Below, one piece after another: positions 7,201 through 10,354 of a DNA stretch of 10,354 nt (position 1 is its first letter; the number at the start of each line of letters is the position of its first letter). The notes beneath the pieces are model-generated. The model saw nothing but the letters and a program-made list of their open reading frames with translations. It was not told the origin of the DNA and made no database searches. The DNA comes from a bacterium (GTDB lineage Bacteria; Hinthialibacterota; Hinthialibacteria; Hinthialibacterales; Hinthialibacteraceae). The stretch is taken from NCBI GenBank assembly GCA_041946805.1, contig JBHGBC010000197.1, positions 1 to 10,354 on the forward strand. The letters run 5' to 3'. The position numbers and the translations under genes are program-made.

Positions 7201-7340
7201 AGGAGATGGCCAAAGGCTCGGGACTAGGTTTATCGATAGCCAAGGAATTGATTGACCTGCATGAAGGAACTTTGACCGTAGAGAGCGAGGCGGGGATAGG
7301 CACTACGTTTCGGCTGAGCTTGCCGATACGCGTTCCATGA
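4287..7340 (+). CDS. Membrane sensor histidine kinase: signal peptide, two-component-regulator beta-propeller repeats, Y_Y_Y-like domain, one TM helix, HisKA and HATPase_c; no receiver domain
   Basis: Signal peptide MRAKWGCLLFLGFAMASPALA. Propeller repeats such as IQEDKQNRLWF, RSKDGSIWAA and GLPDAAANAVYEDSQGRIWVGT. Y_Y_Y-like LYSHRI...GNHVFEVRSMD followed by PWY and TM FLAIITISTMVIFMLAW. H box SHDLRTPL (His at 6687-6689), N box GNAIKY, G1 DTGIG, G2 GSGLGL. ATG 4287 is preferred to TTG 4236, which overlaps the -10 element. Confidence 0.95.
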   Translation: MRAKWGCLLFLGFAMASPALAQPNYLWQYWTAKDGFEESYARDITFSPAGNVWIASGETPSISRYDGYSFQDIPLPCEYLTTQENRDRQIWSMYWKDKKGDTLGGFQQYLNNQWVQYEVDVFEPGIYPVFFLPATKDQLIFLLPDRLMVFNAAQRDTREILNVAKTRMERFSEMIFSSSSGIWITGERGAVRVLGEGNTIGSPLEWREHIIPDDMLLHDLRYPYEGKKGELYETALIADTSQDVFVRLDGSSWKKIATTEKDSLIGVPGIFNDYWLIRGIYAWQTANWIYSVGKIRTQYFGLNPFSISLVRDTDEITIKPNHVLSGILPKIALDKYGAVWFRTIQGFARCAPSLWVTPEGLIKNDMLVYGIQEDKQNRLWFHCKDKLIVLNHNKWKEYASPSSRLRVGAPGILSDQRIALSTWGENLLFNPNTEQYETLVHPDGRGFGFVKQKSDGVIWIETGDAQKWYIELFDGIIFKTLYEFPPEEEGVDWIHEFYETQDGLFWVGGSAENGLAQIQDGKMKIFSAKDKYLGSRAICIMEVEPGKIWYGSKHGIYEYDGVTFSVVNTNFEYVNKMIRSKDGSIWAAANDGVHRYRNGSWVSYSVDEGLPDAAANAVYEDSQGRIWVGTTSGISVYNPQADTDPPKVFMVEDKNVRTIAPDGEAQFVFTGIDKWKYTEKERLLYSHRIYQAAWSPFNSDTVATVSGMDSGNHVFEVRSMDRNWNVSEPVSWEFTVLRPWYRMPAFLAIITISTMVIFMLAWKLSNRHFQLRRAYVQVQEANVQLQQLDQMKSTFVSQASHDLRTPLTAIKSSLDNLKRGVGGGLNEKQDKVVERASHSVDRLTHLINDVLDINRIESGRMVLEKSDINFGAVIQNAVYENHPAADQKRIILSVHGLEDQYPVHVDSSKMERVVGELIGNAIKYTHEGGQVTVTLKQDDNRVVLSVKDTGIGMTPEECAKIWDRFYRTRASQEMAKGSGLGLSIAKELIDLHEGTLTVESEAGIGTTFRLSLPIRVP

Positions 7341-7361
7341 GATCTGTATCATCGGTTCCGC

Positions 7362-10040
7362 TTACATTGTGCTCAGCGGGAACCGGTTCAGGCCAGGCCG
7401 CAGCCGATAGCCGCGGCAGCTGCCGGGGACGTTTCGGTCCACCGGTTCCAAATCGAGGCGCTCTCCGGCTGACACAATCAATTCGCCTTGGATACTTTCG
7501 GGCCAATCGATCTCGATGGTCCGATTCCCAGGATGACCGCTGGACACGAAGTGAATCGGGCCGCGTACCGTATAGGCGGTGACCTCCAGATCGCCGATAT
7601 CGGCCAGTTGTGGGCGGATTTCGCACCGGGCAAAACCCGGCGCCAGGGGCTTGATCCCCACGATGTTCATGAACAACACGTACAGCGGGACCACGGGGCA
7701 ATGGCTCCATTGGGAGCCGCTGTCCTTGGTCGCGGTCCAGCCCTCTTGCAGCGTGTTGTTCAATCGGACGGAATCCAGCACCGCCCAACGCTCGCGCAAG
7801 TCACGGACGATGACATCGGCGCGTCCCGCTTTCCCCAGCGCCCACAGACGCCATCCCGCGTTGGGCGGGAAGGAAAGTCCCATTCCCGTCGGACACTCGG
7901 CCAACGCCCTGACCGCGTTTTCCATTCGGCCTCCGGGACATTGATCGAACAAAACCGCCGTGGCCAGCGAGCGGTCACACAGGCGGATCCCGCCTTCTTC
8001 GTCCAACCAAGGCAGATTGTGAATAAAGATTTCCCGCTCGGGGCTCCAAAAGTGCCGGACCGCGGAGGCTAGAATCCCTTGCCCAACCTCCACCCAGCGA
8101 CGGGCCAGGCCGTCCTCCCCGAACGCCCGGCACAGCGGCGCGAGCGCGTGCTCGAACATGGCGGCGGCGTACAGATTGAAGGCGCATTGCTTATGCCGCT
8201 GGCGGAGATACGGCTGATGGTCGATCCAGACGGAGGGCACGCCGAGGTTTTCGACCGGCAGCAGGCCGTTTGCCCCGATCCGGCCGCCCAGGTATTCCGC
8301 GAAACGCAGCAGGCGGGGAAGGGCTTCACGCGGGGGCTCCAAGTCGCCGGTGTAGAGATAGTAATGATAGCAATCGAAATGGAATCCCACCCCGTGATCG
8401 AGCAGGGGGCCCCAGTCCGTCAAATCCAGCTGCCGTTCCATGATCCGGACCAGGCGGTCGTAGGCAGGCCAGCAATCCAGAAAGTAACCGTCCTGCGTCA
8501 TCCCCTGGCTGAAGGTGCGGATGAACCGCGCGGGCTGCCGGGTCTCGCCGAACGTATAGAAGAGCGCGTGCAACTGATGCCCGATGTCCCCGCTGTATTG
8601 CTGCCGTTCCCCGGCCATGCTGTCCACCAGCGTTTCTTGGGCGCAGTTGCGCAGCGTATTGACCGCGGCGTTGAACAAGCGCTGCAAGGCGGATTCGGAG
8701 CACATGACGCGCGGGGGATGGGGCCAGGGATACATCCGCCGCGCCATGCCGACCTTGGACACCACCGCTGTGCCGGAAACGCCGTGAATGTGGAGTTGCA
8801 GCCACCGGCAGCATTCAAAATCGAAAGGCCGGAAGTGGTTTACGCCCGCCCGGCAGATGAAGCGCGTCCAGGAGTGGTCATGCGTGTTCAAGAGCGCCGG
8901 GCCGCCCGGCTCGTGGGCTTCGTGGACCATTATTTCGATCACCGTGTCTTCCGGCGCGTAGATCGTGAAATACGGCCAGCCGGCCATTTGTTCCTTCCAT
9001 TCAAAAGTCAACGCCGCCCCCCGTTTCCCATCCAAGGCAACGCGCCAGGCGCCCGGCCCGGCGGGCTGGGCGCACGGCGAACGGTCCACAACAAATGAGT
9101 CCGGCGGCAGGCAAGCGAAGTATTCTTCCGGGGGGCGCTTCCATTCGATCCAGCAGGATTCCACCAGTCTTTCCACCGCCACCGGCGTTTCAGTCATCAC
9201 GGGGATGGAGCGCGGGAAGATCCGGGCGGTCTCGCGGCGGCCTTGCGCGTCGAATAAATAGTCCGGATAGGTGGAGCAGATCGAGGGCTTGTCCGGGGGG
9301 CAATCCAATTCCATCGCGGGCAGCCAATTTTCATTCGGATTGAATTCCGGTTGATCCCACCCCTGCGGATAATGGCGCGCGTCGAACTCCTCCTGCAGCG
9401 CGCGGAGGAACCAACGTTTGTAATGCCCGGTCGGCCAGGAACGCGGCCAGCACGCCTTCCAGGTGGAATCCGATACCAGAAGATGGTTTCCGGCATCCGT
9501 GGTGATGTTCAGATACAAGATGAAACCCGGCTTGCCGATCGGCCAGGCGCCGTCCCCGTGGCCGTAATACAGCACCTGGGCGGCGAGGACATTGTGTCCC
9601 GCGTGGAGCACGCCGGCGAGATCGAGAGGGTCCGCCTCCGGCCAGCGGGGATCAGAGGGTGCGGGGCCGAAGCCGATCCGCCGTCCGTTGACAAAAAGCG
9701 CATACCGGCTGTCGGCCAGAATCCAGCCCATGGCAAGGGATGGTTGGGATGGCAAATCGAGGTCTCGGCGAAACAAGATGAAGGTGTTCGGCAGGCAGCG
9801 TTGGGAGGGGTACCAAATCCAGCGGGCGGGGGACAGGGCGAGGGCGGTCCGGCTGGGAGAATCCAGGTTGAATCCTGGCGCCGCGGTGGGTGATTGCGGA
9901 TCGGCGGCCCGCCCGTGGGGGGATAACAGATACGTCGCCATGCCGCCCGTGGCCGCCTGTTGCATAAAATAGCGGCGGTTGAATTGCAAATCCGGTGTGT
10001 CCGGCGGTTCTCCCGCGGTCATTCCTGGTGTCACCCCCAT
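7362..10040 (-). CDS. Tat-exported GH78-like glycoside hydrolase (alpha-L-rhamnosidase family); start codon uncertain (10046/10040/10022)
   Basis: Twin-arginine motif NRRYF followed by a hydrophobic stretch ending GRAA. Rhamnosidase N-terminal motifs ARWIW, FRRDL, ADSRYALFVNG, GHNVLAAQV. Catalytic-barrel region VDSMAGERQQYSGD, then TLQEGW, SQWSH and C-terminal GIKPLAPGF...IRPQL...TVRGPI. Long, uninterrupted, GC-rich ORF. Confidence 0.88.
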   Translation of the reverse strand: MGVTPGMTAGEPPDTPDLQFNRRYFMQQAATGGMATYLLSPHGRAADPQSPTAAPGFNLDSPSRTALALSPARWIWYPSQRCLPNTFILFRRDLDLPSQPSLAMGWILADSRYALFVNGRRIGFGPAPSDPRWPEADPLDLAGVLHAGHNVLAAQVLYYGHGDGAWPIGKPGFILYLNITTDAGNHLLVSDSTWKACWPRSWPTGHYKRWFLRALQEEFDARHYPQGWDQPEFNPNENWLPAMELDCPPDKPSICSTYPDYLFDAQGRRETARIFPRSIPVMTETPVAVERLVESCWIEWKRPPEEYFACLPPDSFVVDRSPCAQPAGPGAWRVALDGKRGAALTFEWKEQMAGWPYFTIYAPEDTVIEIMVHEAHEPGGPALLNTHDHSWTRFICRAGVNHFRPFDFECCRWLQLHIHGVSGTAVVSKVGMARRMYPWPHPPRVMCSESALQRLFNAAVNTLRNCAQETLVDSMAGERQQYSGDIGHQLHALFYTFGETRQPARFIRTFSQGMTQDGYFLDCWPAYDRLVRIMERQLDLTDWGPLLDHGVGFHFDCYHYYLYTGDLEPPREALPRLLRFAEYLGGRIGANGLLPVENLGVPSVWIDHQPYLRQRHKQCAFNLYAAAMFEHALAPLCRAFGEDGLARRWVEVGQGILASAVRHFWSPEREIFIHNLPWLDEEGGIRLCDRSLATAVLFDQCPGGRMENAVRALAECPTGMGLSFPPNAGWRLWALGKAGRADVIVRDLRERWAVLDSVRLNNTLQEGWTATKDSGSQWSHCPVVPLYVLFMNIVGIKPLAPGFARCEIRPQLADIGDLEVTAYTVRGPIHFVSSGHPGNRTIEIDWPESIQGELIVSAGERLDLEPVDRNVPGSCRGYRLRPGLNRFPLSTM

Positions 10041-10098
10041 CGGCAAGTAACCCGGCTAGCCGCCTTTCGGTTGGTCGGCTTTGGATTCAAGATTCCGG

Positions 10099-10128
10099 AT
10101 TATAAACAACGGTGTGGAAGGGTGTCAA
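10099..10128 (-). promoter_or_regulatory. Consensus sigma70 promoter of the GH78-like gene
   Basis: TTGACA (10128-10123) - 18 nt - TATAAT (10104-10099). Both hexamers are perfect and lie 50-80 nt upstream of the candidate starts. Confidence 0.8.
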
Positions 10129-10354
10129 TTAATTTCCCCAAGGGAAGCAGGGATCCGGGGATTGTAAGGCCAGCGCGGGGGTTCGAAGATGACCTTATTT
10201 CTGTATAAATGGGTAAACAGGTAATACAGGACCGCTCGCCGTACTTCACCGGGAGGCCGGCTATCCCAACGAGTGAAAAGGGCAAAATCCGGTTGGTAAC
10301 AGGTCACCCATCTGAAGTAAAACCGCTCCTCCACCTCACATCTTTTCCTCGAAA

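Noticed and set aside
7341..7361. Bidirectional terminator between the convergent genes
   Set aside because: The 21-nt gap has no convincing GC stem with U tracts.
7303..9972. Many alternative-frame and antisense ORFs over the GH78 gene (e.g. 8079..9098 +, 339 aa)
   Set aside because: These are shadow ORFs typical of GC-rich coding DNA and carry no recognisable motifs.
10040..10095. c-di-GMP-I or other riboswitch in the GH78 leader
   Set aside because: Only a GAAA loop and AGCCGGGTT resemble it. The GGCAAA/GACGCAAAGC core is absent and the pairing is weak.
10100..10354. Short minus-strand ORFs at the right edge
   Set aside because: They overlap the GH78 promoter and have no recognisable product. 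An upstream gene may end near 10337 (…FEEKM*), but this cannot be judged from the window.

Overview
Bacterial DNA in two halves. The left half (~227-3870) is a compressed pile of decayed mobile elements: (1) an internally deleted IS3-like element with TG...CA inverted ends; (2) an internally deleted ISAs1 element; (3) a broken IS66 TnpC transposase fused in frame to an excisionase-like HTH; (4) the remains of an integrative-element module made of a VirD4/HerA-like ATPase fragment joined to an archaeo-eukaryotic primase (AEP) with a PriL-like four-cysteine C-terminal domain, then a small ORF and the Xis-like gene. The right half holds two intact-looking convergent genes, each with a sigma70-type promoter: a ~1017-aa beta-propeller/Y_Y_Y sensor histidine kinase with no receiver domain, and a Tat-exported GH78-like (alpha-L-rhamnosidase family) glycoside hydrolase. 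The 5' end of a secreted-protein gene runs off the left edge. The AEP-PriL/Xis/ATPase module is the best lead to an under-described element family, but this copy is a pseudogene. All family assignments come from motif recognition by eye; no database search was run.
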